NCBI GenBank assembly: GCA_000165425.1
Contig: CT868020.1
Location: 62,001-126,000, forward strand
DNA: 64,000 bases
Direction of reading: 5' to 3'
Source of the DNA: Paramecium tetraurelia
Taxonomy: Eukaryota
The notes under the pieces were generated by a model. That model was given only the letters and a program-made list of their open reading frames with translations. It did not search any database and was not told where the DNA came from. Of this stretch, positions 27,559 to 40,673 are shown piece after piece (the stretch's first letter is position 1; each line of letters opens with the position of its first letter). The translations under genes and the position numbers were made by a program.

Positions 27559-30288
27559 ATGATACTTCAAAATAGCAGTGAATCATCCCTATTTAAATCA
27601 ACCTAGTACCAGAATGATATGTCACAAAACCCATATTCATAAGCTCTTAAATATAGTATGGACCAATCTTTTGTTCCAAATGTAGAAAACAAGGAAGTAT
27701 CAATCACCAATATAGCTGTAAAAAATTGAGTTATTTAATTAGGATATTGATCATCCAGATAAAATCATACCTTTGTTGGAATAAACCTTCAAAAGTGGAT
27801 AAATCTACATAGATTAAGGATACTCAAATTTGATATCGCTCAACCCTTTTCAAGATACAAAGCATTTGAGTGACTCGAATATCCAAAATCATAAGAAGGA
27901 TTACCTGAAATTAAGTAAGAATGTTTATTAATTTTAATAGCCAATTCACAATTAAGCTTGTCTAAACCTCATCTCTATAAATTGGCCGAACTAGCTAAAT
28001 AAGCTTGCTTTTCTTCATCAAACATAAACAACACATGTTCTATACTGACCTAGGGAATTAGTGGATCTGGCAAGACAGTATCAGCTAAGGGTATATTGCA
28101 CTACGTAGCAGCACTTTCTAGCAGTGGATTATTTACCTCCACTACCCTTAACAAAGTTGAAATTGAGTAAAGGATTATTGCTTCAGATATTATTTTTGAG
28201 GCTTTTGGAAATGCAAAAACATAAAAGAACTCAAATTCATCGAGATTTGGAAAGGTTGTTTCAATTTAATTCGAGAACCAAAAGAACCCAAAGAACCAAA
28301 AGATAATTAGTGGTAAAATAGTAACAACACTTTTTGAAAGGACCAGATTAAATCAAAAAGGATTTATGGATAGAAACTTTCATATCTTTTACTAATTATT
28401 TGAAGCTTTTCATAAAACTGAAGAAATAAGTACTTATTAAATTTATCACACTAGAAAACTTTGCATAATAGCATGAGGAAGATATCGAATTTAAATATGA
28501 TCTTGATTAATTGATAAAGGAAATAGAGAAGTTAGCACTTGATACTGAGTTTATGCTTCTTGGAACTCAAAATTAATTCATGTCCAGCTAGGATGATTAA
28601 TATGGTAAATAAGAAGAGGATTAAGCGTAGGCTGATGAAGATTTTTACAAGTTTATGAAACTCTTGTAAGCTTTTGGTGATCTTGATTTTACTCTGGAAG
28701 AAGTGGTAAGCATATTTTAATGTGTTGCTGGACTCATTCATTTGAAAGAAGATAACTATTAAAAAGCTGAAGAATTGTTGTAGATTCCAAATCTAAAGTA
28801 GACCATAGATAAAAATATTGAAACTGGATAGAGCAGGAAACTGTGTGCAGAATCGATCATCAATGGGATTATTATGGATTTCTACTATAAATTATTCATG
28901 TGGATCTAAAATAGAGTAAATAGCAATATCTCCCAAGATTTTGATCCTAATAAGAAATACATCTTAAATATTTTCGATAGTTTTGGATTTGAAATATTTA
29001 AGAATTAGGAGTAAGTTTAACAAAATCTATTCGAATAGTTGACGCTAAACTATATAAATGAGAAGTTATAGAACTTGTTTTATTAATAGATTGTTGATAA
29101 TGCACAAAGTAAATATATATTATTACATCAATAGAAAAATTCAATTCTGAAGGTTTGACTATTATTCCACCAGATTTTCAAAAAAATGATAGAATTATCT
29201 TTGCGATAGAGGATGTGATTTTCAAAAATTTAAAGGATAGCAACCTATTGTCAAGAAAAACTGACTATTTTAAGGATGCAATTAGAAAAAGTATTCCAGA
29301 AAAGGGGGTTTAGGATATTTTGATTGATGAAAGTTCATTGAAAAAAAAATAAGGATCATTAACATAAAGCTAAATTACTCACAAATTTTAATCTAATATT
29401 CTTGGTATCAGACACACTGGAGGTGAAATCTATTATTAACTTGATTGTTTCCTTTCAAGTAACAAGTACATGGTTAGTCAGGAAATATAGAATATCAACC
29501 AATTGAGTTAAAATTAAATCATAAAGTCATTTACTCAATAATTTTAAAACCAAACAGTGGCTGATACTACTTAAAAAGAGATTAATGATATAATTCAAAC
29601 GTTTAAGAAGTCTGAAACTTGGTTTGTTAAATGCTTCTAAACAAATTATGACTAAAAAAGTGGATATTTTAATGTAGATGAAATGAAAGAACAGCTAAGT
29701 TATAGTGGATTAGATTAGTGTGCTAATATGTTATGTTAAACATATTTCTTAAGCATACCCAAGGAAGAATTCTTTAACACTTATATAAAGCTCAATCCTC
29801 AAAGTCAAAATGTGGGTCATTTGGTAGACTTTATAAATGAGCAAATGAGATAGTCAAAAGAATATACCACCATTTAACCCTTATAAGTCGGGTTAAATAA
29901 TATACTGATAAAGGAGTAAGCAAAGAGAAAGCTTGATTAAGAGATATAATACATTATACATTGGGAATCGGATTAACAATATAGAACATGCTCATTATAG
30001 CATGATGAATAAATTGAATATCTATAATAACAACTTTAAAAAGAAACTTAAGAATTACTTAAATCTCTTGAAATGAAAGATGAGGTAATTAAAGGTCTGA
30101 ACAAGAAACTTAAGGATAAAGAAGATAGTGAAAAGAAATTGATTGAGTTGATTTAGGCGAGCTTCAAATTTAACAATGAGTTATAAAAAGAGTTTGAAAA
30201 ACTCACTCAAAATAACAATAATCACGTTACGCAATTAAATTAGCCTATATAGAACCTATAAGAATAAGAAAACTACTAAGGTTAGTGA
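27559..30288 (+). CDS. Divergent myosin heavy chain (motor domain plus short coiled coil)
   Basis: ISLNPF, KPHLY, P-loop GISGSGKT, EAFGNAKTQKNSNSSRFGK, RNFHIFYQL, FDSFGFE, FEQLTLNYINEKLQ, WFVKC; several tiny introns. Confidence 0.9.
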
Positions 30289-30502
30289 AGTAAATAATTT
30301 GGATTCAAAATCTAATGAAATTATATATAATTAAATCCAATATATATGAATTAAATTTTATGGCATTTTAATAATATTGAAGTTTATATAATGATTACTT
30401 CCAAGAATTCTAATAAAATTCTCATACATTTAGATATCAAAACAAACTATACGTTGCGGATTTATTACCAAAATCAATTGGTTTAATGATTAATATATTT
30501 AA

Positions 30503-30763
30503 ATGCACTCATTTTACAAATTAGCATTCCAGACACTTTCGAATTTCCACTCTATGGGATTAGTAAGTGATGAGGAGAAGTCATACCTCAAAGACATGAT
30601 AATTAATTGGTCTAATCCTTAACTCAATGCTTCTTAGGATTAGATGTCAGTTTTACTTCTTCGAAATATTTTGGTTCTTAGAAACTAAGTCAAACAAGGA
30701 TGTTCGATATAGAAAGTCCTGTGCTTGATTGAGGAAGAAACCGATGAAGATGATAATTTTTGA
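30503..30763 (+). CDS. Small hypothetical protein (86 aa, acidic tail)
   Basis: Intronless MHSFYKLAFQTL...LIEEETDEDDNF-TGA. Confidence 0.7.
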
Positions 30764-31502
30764 TTATATTTAACTACTTCTATATCTTTTTATGCTAAAA
30801 ACATCTATCATTATATTCAATGACAGTAAGTATATGCTATCTGATGTATTATTTAGTGTTGAATTCTAACTAGAAAATACTTTCTATATAATTCTCATTA
30901 TAGTATGTATAGTAATTATATCGATGGAAGTATTATATTGTTTTCCTATTCCTATAGTTTGAGCAATCTAACATTAAGATTTTAAGTATTAGATCTTGAG
31001 TTATAAAAAATGCTTGAATACTGATTGATAACCAACTCAAGATGAACAGAATAAGACGACAAGCTTAGGTTAATTGATATTTGTTTAATAATGGAAAATT
31101 TAGATGATACATTGAATGATGATTATTCCTATATCTAGGTAAAAATTACAAATAAATTAATTTTTTTTGAATAATTTAACAACGTTTTATTCATAAAATT
31201 AGAAATATAAATGAGTAGGATAATATGAATTTAGAGCTAAAGGGGGATAAATAAAATTGAAATTAATTTTGATGATCCTTTAATCTGAAAAATTTGATTA
31301 AGGAGTGAGAGTATTAATATCCAAGAGAGTTTAAGTTGATTCTACAATACTCTATTTAGTCAAGGCATTAATTTCTACTACCAGTAACAGTTTTACCTTA
31401 ATTTTGTAGACAATAAAATTCTAGATGCATTTACAGGAAGTGATTTATTTTATTTGGTGATTTCTTACAAGTAATGTTAAATAAAATTATAAATTTAATA
31501 AT

Positions 31503-32627
31503 ATGTAATATAATAGATTAGGAAACACAGGATTGCTTGTATCTTGTTTGGGGTTTGGGAACATGATTAACTTTTAGCCAGAGGACGAAGAAGTGAATAT
31601 TGCAATAATCAAAAGAGCATTTGAGGCTGGAATCAACTTTTTTGATACTGCAGAATTGTATGAGTTGTGATGAGTATGATAGTTATCAACATGGGGAAGC
31701 AGAGAAGTAATTAGGTAGATCAATAAAGAAACTTAATTTACCACGGGAGAGACTGGTGATCACAACAAAGGTGTTCATTAATCAGACACCAGGAGGTAAT
31801 TGATTAGGTAGTTATTGTGTAGGATTGAATGTTAATAGAATGTGCACTTTGAGCAGGAAACATATTATTGAGGCAGTGAATACAAGTTTACAAAATTTGT
31901 AATTGGATTATGTGGATGTTGTTTTTGCACATTAATTTGATACAGACACACCAACAGATGAGATTGTTAGGGGATTTAATTAATTGATAGAAGATGGGAA
32001 GGCTTTCTATTGGGCGACGAGCAATTGGAATTCAGCATAGATTTAGGAAGCAATTAATTATGCTGATTTACATGGACTTATTAGACCAATAGCAGAATAA
32101 GGAGAATATCATATGTTACAGAGGAGTTAGTTTGAATTTGATTTGGTAGGTTTGTATGAGAAATACAATTATGGTACAACCATTTACAGTCCTCTGTGTG
32201 GTGGATTCTTGACAGGGAAATACTTGGATGGAATACCAGAGGATAGTAGATGTGCTAAGGATAATGGATGGATGACTAAGGAGAGAGCTCAGAATAGATG
32301 GTTATTGAAATACAGTAAGAATAAATATAATGAATAGTCAAGAATCCTAAGAATGTGGAAGGAGTCAAGAAGATAGTGGAGTTGGCAAAAGAGTTGAATG
32401 TGACACCAGCCCAATTGGTGCTGGCTTGGACGATGAGAAATAAGGACATTAATGTGGCCATAACAGGTGCACGAACAGTGGCACAATTGGAGGAATCTTT
32501 GGGGAGTGTTGAATTGTTAAAGAGATTTGACGAGAAATTGGATGAGAGATTGGAGATGATTTTTGAGAACACTCCTAAACAAGACTTGAATTACAGAACT
32601 TTTTAATAAAATAGAAGGAGGAGATGA
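31503..32627 (+). CDS. Aldo-keto reductase, Kv channel beta-subunit-like
   Basis: [80 protein letters not shown]; 3 introns. Confidence 0.93.
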
Positions 32628-32715
32628 GAGATGATGATCTAGAATCTAAAATATCATATGATTGTTCATATTTAATATTGGCTGAAGAGATTCGTTTTTT
32701 GTTTTAATTATATTA

Positions 32716-33857
32716 ATGAAATCAACATTAGTTGTTTTACTCATAGTAGTGGCCTCAGCCTCTACAGTTGCAGACATCACATAGAGATTATCCAATTATG
32801 CTGATCATCCCTTTGGATCTTCAATGATCAATTTAGTGAGTGTCAACATGAAGACAGGTGGATCTCTCAATGAACTCAAACAACTGTTATAGCAAATTAA
32901 AGATGAATTAATTGCACTCACCTAATTGTAAGACCAAGAGAATGCCACTTTCACCAGAAGATCATAAGTTGATTTAGCCAAACTCCAAGCCACATTAGAA
33001 TAAGCACAATCAGACCTTGATAATTAGAGACAAGAATAAGCCAGTCTCTCCAATGAATTAACTACACTCTAGACTAGAGTTAAAGAGGATTAAGCTGCAT
33101 TAGACAGAAATGGCAGAGGCTCCAATGATGCTTAGGCTAGATTAGATTCAGAAAATGCAGATTTCGCTACAAAATTCTAAGATTACAGTGATGCCATATT
33201 AGCATGCAAAGAAGCTTAGAGATTGCTATTAAATTTAAGAGGAGAAGGAGCTTCCCTCATTTAATTGACGTAATTAATGTGATTATCAACTTAGACAAGA
33301 CACTAAATCCAATTTAATTTAAACCAAAGAGAACTTCCAAAAAATCAAGGAGATTCTTGAAGCTCACACCAAGAAGAGTTCTCTCACCTTGTTTTAACCC
33401 ATCATTGAAGGATTAGCAGAAATGACTACCAAGGTCAATCCTGAAACTTTGAACAATGTTCTTAGTCTTGTCGCTAGGTTGATCACTGCTTTACAAGAAG
33501 GCCAAGATCAATTGGAATCCAATCACAAGACTCAAGTCGATAATCTCAGTAGATTGGGGGATGATTTGAGAAACGAGAAACAAACCTTATAAGTGTCTTT
33601 GGCCACTGCTAACAATAGATTGAAGGAGATCTAATCAAGATTAAATGAATTGGATGGATTGATTAATATTTCAAATGCCATCGTTGAAGTGACTTAACTC
33701 AACATCCAAGATGCTACCAGAATCAATGAATTAGAAGATCAAGAATACAGCAATCAAAAAGTTAGCAGGTACAATATTGTAATTAATAAATAGATAAACT
33801 GAAATCGACATCGTTGATAGATTAATAGAATATATTAACCAAAAACTATAGGAATGA
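32716..33857 (+). CDS. Trichocyst matrix protein precursor
   Basis: Signal peptide, HPFGSSMINLVSVNMKTGGSLNELKQLL, SLIQ processing region, acidic coiled coils; 2 introns. Confidence 0.9.
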
Positions 33858-33952
33858 TTTATACATATAATATGCATTATATTTATTTAAATAGGATATT
33901 ATTAAGTTATTATTGGCTTGCAAATTATACTAAATAAAATAAATAATAGAAA

Positions 33953-34577
33953 ATGTATAACTATCAATAATAAACAGGTCCTGGAAGACTGATTTTCAAC
34001 AACCTAAGACCTTTGGCTGCTGTTAAATATTTGAATCAAAACAATCTTAAGTCCATCATCTACCCCTTGAGGAAACCTAAACCCCCTGCTTCTAATAATA
34101 ACATGTTCAGGAATCAACCCACAAAGGGAGAATTATTTTTCGATCCAGTCAATCATGAGGGCGGTCAACCTTTGTGCACTTTGTCAATGGGAGATTACAA
34201 GGAGGATGGAACATGTTTAAACTGCAAATAGAAATGTAAGCATTATTCACCATTAACAAGACCCCCTAAACTAATGGTATTATGATCTCTCTCTTGCAAT
34301 GATTATCATGCAATTTAGGAACAACCAAAACAAAAGGGATATCATTGAATGCGTCAAATATTACGATGATGGAGAATATGAAATACTCTACACAGATTAT
34401 TAGGAAGCACAAGAGACTGACCAATACTTGAACAACGACCCTATCATCGATGAGTTGATTGGAGTCCAAAAGGAGATCCTTCAAAAAGTTGGAAACAATC
34501 AAAATGTCATTCTAGAACAAAGTCCAGATCTGATCGAGAATTTCACCAAAATCATAGAGAGTGCCTTATAATAATGA
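33953..34577 (+). CDS. Hypothetical protein with CxxC (possible degenerate SP-RING-like segment)
   Basis: FFDPVNHEGGQPLC...GTCLNCKQKYPLNQWYYDLSL; 25-nt intron ending AAG. Confidence 0.7.
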
Positions 34578-34597
34578 TAGATATATATATCAAAGGA

Positions 34598-34993
34598 TCA
34601 AATAAATTAATCAAACCTCTTTCTTCTCCGAACTTCCAACTCCGAAATATCTTGCTTATGTATTTGATTCAAAGACTTATCAGCTTATTCTTCGTCCTCC
34701 TTCATTTGATTCCACTCGGATTTCTGATCAAAAGTCAACTTAATTTCAAAGGTCTCCACATTCTGGATGATCTCCTTCTGTTTCTGAAGTGAAATATATT
34801 CATAATCAGCCACCAATCTCAAATTATATTTTAATAATTTAATCGACAGCCAAACATATCCTTAATTGCATAGAGCCAAATACTCCAATTTGCTGTTCTT
34901 TACTCTCTTCCCAACTATCCTCTGAATTTCCAATTTCTACATCCTTAAAATAATTTGTCTAATCAACCAAATACACAGCAATTCGCTCTTCAT
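34598..34993 (-). CDS. Small chromodomain-like protein
   Basis: LEIQRIVGKRVKNSKLEYLALCNQGYVWLSIKLLKYNLRLVADYE resembles the chromo fold; basic RRRKR near the C-terminus; start 34993 or 34942. Confidence 0.65.
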
Positions 34994-35085
34994 TGAATAA
35001 TGCTTGTGAATATTTGTACCCCATGCACAATTTTGTGATTTATCCTTTACTCCCTAAGAATTATTTAATATAAATAAAAATAGAT

Positions 35086-36102
35086 ATGCCAACATGGTTT
35101 GAATTAATATCTCCTTTCTTAATCGGAGGTATATCAGGATGCACAGCCACAACCTTTGTCCAACCTATGGACACTGTGAAAGTGCGCATTCAAGTTCGAA
35201 GCGAACTCAAAGGACAAGGCCATAGTGTCAATGTCAGCACAATTGATATCGTAAAAGACATCATCAAAACTGAAGGGCCATTCGGATTTTACAAAGGGTT
35301 AGATATAATATTATATCACTAGAATTGGAGCTGCCTTGTTGAGACAAGTCACTTATGCTACAACTCGTTTGGGATTATATAGAGCCATCGATGATCATTA
35401 TAAAAGAACACATGGGAGAAGCATGATCTTCTGGGAAAGATGTTTAGCATCCTCATTTTCTGGTTTTGTTGGATCCATTGTTGGAAATCCAGCAGATTTG
35501 TGTTTGGTCAGATTTCAAGCTGACACCCTCTTGCCAGAAGCCCAAAGAAGAAACTATAAAAATGTTTTTGACGCTCTCTATAGGATAGTTAGTGAGGAGG
35601 GACTCATCACTCTCTGGAGAGGATCCTTGCCAACAGTTATCAGAGCCATTGCCATGAACTTAAGTAATTCTACATCTCATTTTATTAGGCATGTTAACAA
35701 CCTACGATCAAATCAAAGACATCATCGTATCACTCCATGGCAAAGGAAAGGAAGATTACATGGACAAATTACTGTATCTATTCCCCTCTAATCGCATAGA
35801 TCCTCTGCTGCAGCTGGTATCGGGTGTGCCATCGCCTCTTTGCCTCCTGACAATCTCAAAACTAAACTTTAAAGAATGAAGAAAGACCCCACCACTGGAC
35901 AATTCCCATACAAAAATATAGGAGACTGCTTCTTGAAAGTATCACCAATCTTAAATTCTAGACTATCTAAAGAGAAGGTGTCACTGGACTATGGGTTGGA
36001 TTGCCAGTCTTTTACACAAGAGTCGGACCTCACGCTATGATTACTCTGTTAGTCTAAGATACATTGACTTAAATGTGGAATCCTCCAAAGAAGAAAAATT
36101 GA
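35086..36102 (+). CDS. Mitochondrial 2-oxoglutarate/malate (dicarboxylate) carrier, SLC25 family
   Basis: Three carrier motifs PMDTVKVR, PADLCLVR, PPDNLKTK; RQVTYATTRLG; 4 introns. Confidence 0.95.
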
Positions 36103-36167
36103 TATTAATCTAACAATTATCAAATTAGATCACAATCCCTAAGCAAATATACTTATAAACTAAATAA

Positions 36168-39100
36168 TCATTGATCTTCTTTAACTATGGCTTCTTCCTC
36201 CTCTATCTCTCCCAAATGTTTTACTTCAAGCTTATTTAATTTGTTCCGAATATAAAGTAATGATGAAGATACTACAATAAATACAACAACTCCCAAAGAT
36301 ACCATTATTAAAAGTAACTTAGTCTAAATAATGAATTTATAATTCTATTACCTATCCAGATCTATTATAAATATTTGCTTGAAAACTAACCCATTTCCCA
36401 AAGTCATTTGAAGCATTGAAGGTCATATTTTGTGTTTGAAATTCCTTGTCTTTAACCTTTATTGCCAGATATCTAGAAAGAGTCAAAGAACTTAACAGAG
36501 GTCCATCTTACAAAATGATACCATATGAAAACTCATCATTCATCCTCTTAAAATGAAGAAAATCAAATAGTCTTGAAAATAACAGATAATTACATTTAAT
36601 GTTGTTCGAAAATATCTTGAATCCCCCTAGTATCTTTCTCAGCTTTTCCTTACCTTAACTAAACCTATCATACACAACCAATAGTTTTTATTTTTCGTCC
36701 AATGGATTTTAGTACACCAATCCGAAGAATCCCTGTGACTCCTCAGAGACTCTGATCTTACCATTAGCGTAGAAATATCCGTATTGCATATAAGCTCTAA
36801 TGAATTCTAAATTAATAAGAGTGTCCTTATTAAAATACTCAATCGTTATTTCTAATTCATAGTGATGAAAATTCTGATTGGCCACAATGATCCTGTAAAA
36901 TTACTTCTTTTCCTTTTGGCCTGCCTCGGCTACTATCAATGATTGTGGCACTATGTTAGAGGGTATGTCTGCGAATCCTAGTTCATAGAAAAAGGATATC
37001 AGATCAGATGTATAAGCATCATCCTAAGGATAGGTGTATATGATAAATTCTATTATAATTTATATTGGTTACATGAGGAATTAGTCAGCAAAAATAGCAG
37101 ATAAGTATTATCATTATAGGCTACATCGAAACTAACAAAGACCTAACCTTTATCAGCTGTGAATTCTCTCGCATTGAGTGAATTTATGACTCTCAAATTA
37201 TCCGTATAGTAATCCTCAATAGTTAGATTGAACATGTAAACATATTCAGTAACAACATCCAAAATAAACAGAATTTCATTTAACATTCTTATATGAGTGA
37301 TTTGATTGATTACTAATGGAGAATAGAAAGGACCCATTGGGACAGGCAATGAACCTATAAATGAAGTAATGTAGAACTAAGCTGAGGATGTCGTATTGCA
37401 TACTGAAACTACTAATTTGGTCTTGGTTTCTTAAGTATTGCCAGTGATTGATGTGCATTTAGTCGATTTTTCAGGCAGAGGCAATGGGATATAAAATTTG
37501 ACCATACCAAAATTATCAATAGCGATAATACTCTATTCTTACTGTATTAAGACATAATCATAAGTGTGTTTAATCTGAGTAGTATTAGGAATTTATGTTA
37601 AATATTGGTCATAATTGATGTTATTGATAAGTTCTAATTCCTTTTTACAAGAATAACAATTGATGGACCATTCGCTCACACTTCCATCAATGTAATCATT
37701 GTATCCATCCAAATAGATGAAATCTTGAGCTAAATCCTCGTAGACTATTGTTTATGTTTCATTGATTAACAATGAAAGGTTGTATTGCTTTTCTGCGGTT
37801 TTCACATTGACATTTACATCCATTAACTTTGCATAACTTGTAAATCCTTAGAAGAGCACTTTAATTATTTTTGATTGAGATGACTTGAATTACAAAATGA
37901 CTGAACTATACAGTTTTTATGCCTCAAACAGTTGAACCAAAAATATTTCATCATCCTGATTTTATATAATACTAAAATCAAGATTGTTAGTTTTTAAGAA
38001 GTATGTATGAAAGGATGCAATCTAGGGTTCATCCACTTTATAAACAATAATAACATCGGAGTAATTGGAATCCTTTGCTTATAAATAAAAATAGTTTTGA
38101 GAAAATGCCACTTATGAATTTGTTGTGTTTGTGATCGTGAAATCATATTTAGGTAATACTTTTTCGTTATAATAGAAATTTTATTAGACTAAATTGATAA
38201 TCATGATCTAGTTGTACTGTAATGTAATGATCCGATTTCTGATCACTTATAAGACAGTGTCAAATTATTAATTAAATTTTACGAATGCAATTTAATTGGA
38301 TTTGTTGGAATCTCTTTAAACCTGGGTCTATGACGATTAAACCTAAATTAGTGGAAATGTAGAGGTTGTAAATGTTGATATTCGTTTTAACATTAAATAT
38401 GTTGATGGATCTGCTACTATTTATAAGATCCTCTAATTCAAGCGAAGTAATCTCAAACACCTTCTCTAGACTACAAGTGATGGATGATTTAAACACTGGC
38501 AAGAATATCTAGATTAAATGTGTTCATACCTGAATCTTATTATTCTCCAATTCTACTAAGTATTTCTCTAAGTGCAATTTGATGGTCTAGATATTATACT
38601 GGGAGTCGATGAAACAATTGGTTGCAATGAATCTGGCATTATTCTCAATATAGAGATCTGCTCTCTTATCCTATCTTATAACAAAGCATTCAGTTGAACA
38701 TGTCAACCCTGTGACAATTTGCAAGATTGGATTGGCATATTTGATGCTTTGTCTGTAGTTGCAATTAATTTCTTTGTCGCTATCAAAGATGACGCAATTG
38801 AAAATTTGTAGAGTCAAGTCTTTCCATTAGACTATTTGAATATACTGATTCTCAGCAGCAATCCTGAAGGCTCGATTAAAAATAATAGAATAGATGTCCA
38901 TCGTTTAGGCATAGGAGATCCTAAAATGGTCTTTGAATTTGATCCTCTCAAAATCATCCTCATTAGATTTCCTGTTTGTCTCCGTGGATGATGTATTATA
39001 TAGGTAATAGTCAACATTAGGACCAATCACAAAGTTATTCAGGTATAAATTATTGATACTTTTATTTAATACAATTACGGAGGCATCGAGTTCCTATTTG

Positions 39101-40537
39101 TCATAAATATCTTAGGTTCCCTCTTCCAATTTATTAACTTAGAATGTGAAATTGCATAGGGATTCCATCTCCAGAGAAGGAAATGAGGCTTAAATCTCAA
39201 TGACATCACCAAAACATTAACCATCATCAATAGTTATATATGAAACTTGTGGTGTTATGATGAAGATGGACTTGTTGTTAATTGCATAGACGTGATCTAA
39301 ATTAATAATTCATCATACTGTTTAGACTATCGAAATAGAAGAGTTCGTTTTAGGATGTGATTTCAATAGTTTTATATAGATTGGATGTTTAATCATCCAT
39401 CTGAGAGTAGATATCCATAAAATACTTCTTAGTGTTATTATTTTTGGTTCCTATGATAAAACTGTATTTATCATTGTGGAATATTTTAGAAAAAGTCATG
39501 TTTTTTTATAGTTTGTACATCTGAATGATTTTGTAGGTTTAATCATCAAACAAGTTCACTTTGAAGATGTCTAAGGTAATGGTAGAGCCCAAGAGTACAC
39601 TATGATATCCATTTTGTTCAATGTACACACTGAAGACATCGAAGATATCATTCATATTCCAACAGTATTGATTGATGTAATTCTTAATTAAACACAAGCC
39701 GAGTTCTTTTGATAGGAAGTAGAGAGCAGAGTTGTAAATGAGGAAATCGAATAGATTTAATGACTCGATTTGATAGACTTGTTTGTCAATTCTCGTAGAA
39801 ACAATCAGTTCTTTGGATGTAATGTTTATGGTGTAGATGTCAATTCGACTATCATTCAGAACATTGATCATTTTATAAAAACTCAATAGGTCCTCGTTGA
39901 TGTAATTTATAATTCCTGCTCTATGAATTATGATATCAATTACTAGATTGAACCCAATTCATTTGTTTGTAGAAAATGGATTTAAGTTTATTGCGAAGTT
40001 GCATTAATCAGAAAGATATTTGATTGCTTCCTGGTTTTGTGGTTACATTCGACCAAACCCATATTCAATCTCATGCAGAGAACATTGTAGCACATCATGT
40101 TCTACATGATAAGTCAATATTAATACTATATCGATTCTAAAGGTGGTATTGTAGATTAAGATGGAAAGAGTATCGCTGATATTATAAAATTGTATTGTGG
40201 CTTGATAATTTAAGACATGCATTTACACTATCTGTCCGAGTTCTAGAATAATAATAATAAATTTCATTTTATTACAAACTCCACTCTTAGGGTCATAGCA
40301 TAAACTATATTCTGAGTACTCTGATGAAGTTTAGTTCAAGAAGCTGATATTGTTGTAGCGTATCTTATTCTCCAGACAATCATTAGAGGATGAATATTGA
40401 AGTTACTTACCGTATATGTAATTTTACAAATCTAATTTTAAAGTTTCTCCAGGAGATAAATATATCGTCTAATCCTTATACTTCTAGTAGCACTAGCAAT
40501 ATATTTCGTGGAAGAGAAAGTAGATGATCAAATACAT
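36168..40537 (-). CDS. Large type-I single-pass membrane protein (~1400 aa)
   Basis: Signal peptide MYLIIYFLFHEIYC, long beta-rich ectodomain, C-terminal TM (LLLIMVSLGVVVFIVVSSSLLYI) and short tail; tiny introns. Confidence 0.8.
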
Positions 40538-40673
40538 AAAGGTTGCCGATATAGGAGCTTTTTAAAATTTAATAATATAATGACATATAATTAAGATAAA
40601 TTAATTACACATAATTAAGATCAAATAAGCCACCTATCCATTTATAAAATATCTAAATAAATAATAAATTCAA

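Noticed and set aside
31546..31559. Telomere-like TTTGGGGTTTGGG
   Set aside because: Only about two units, and it encodes CLGFGN within the aldo-keto reductase.
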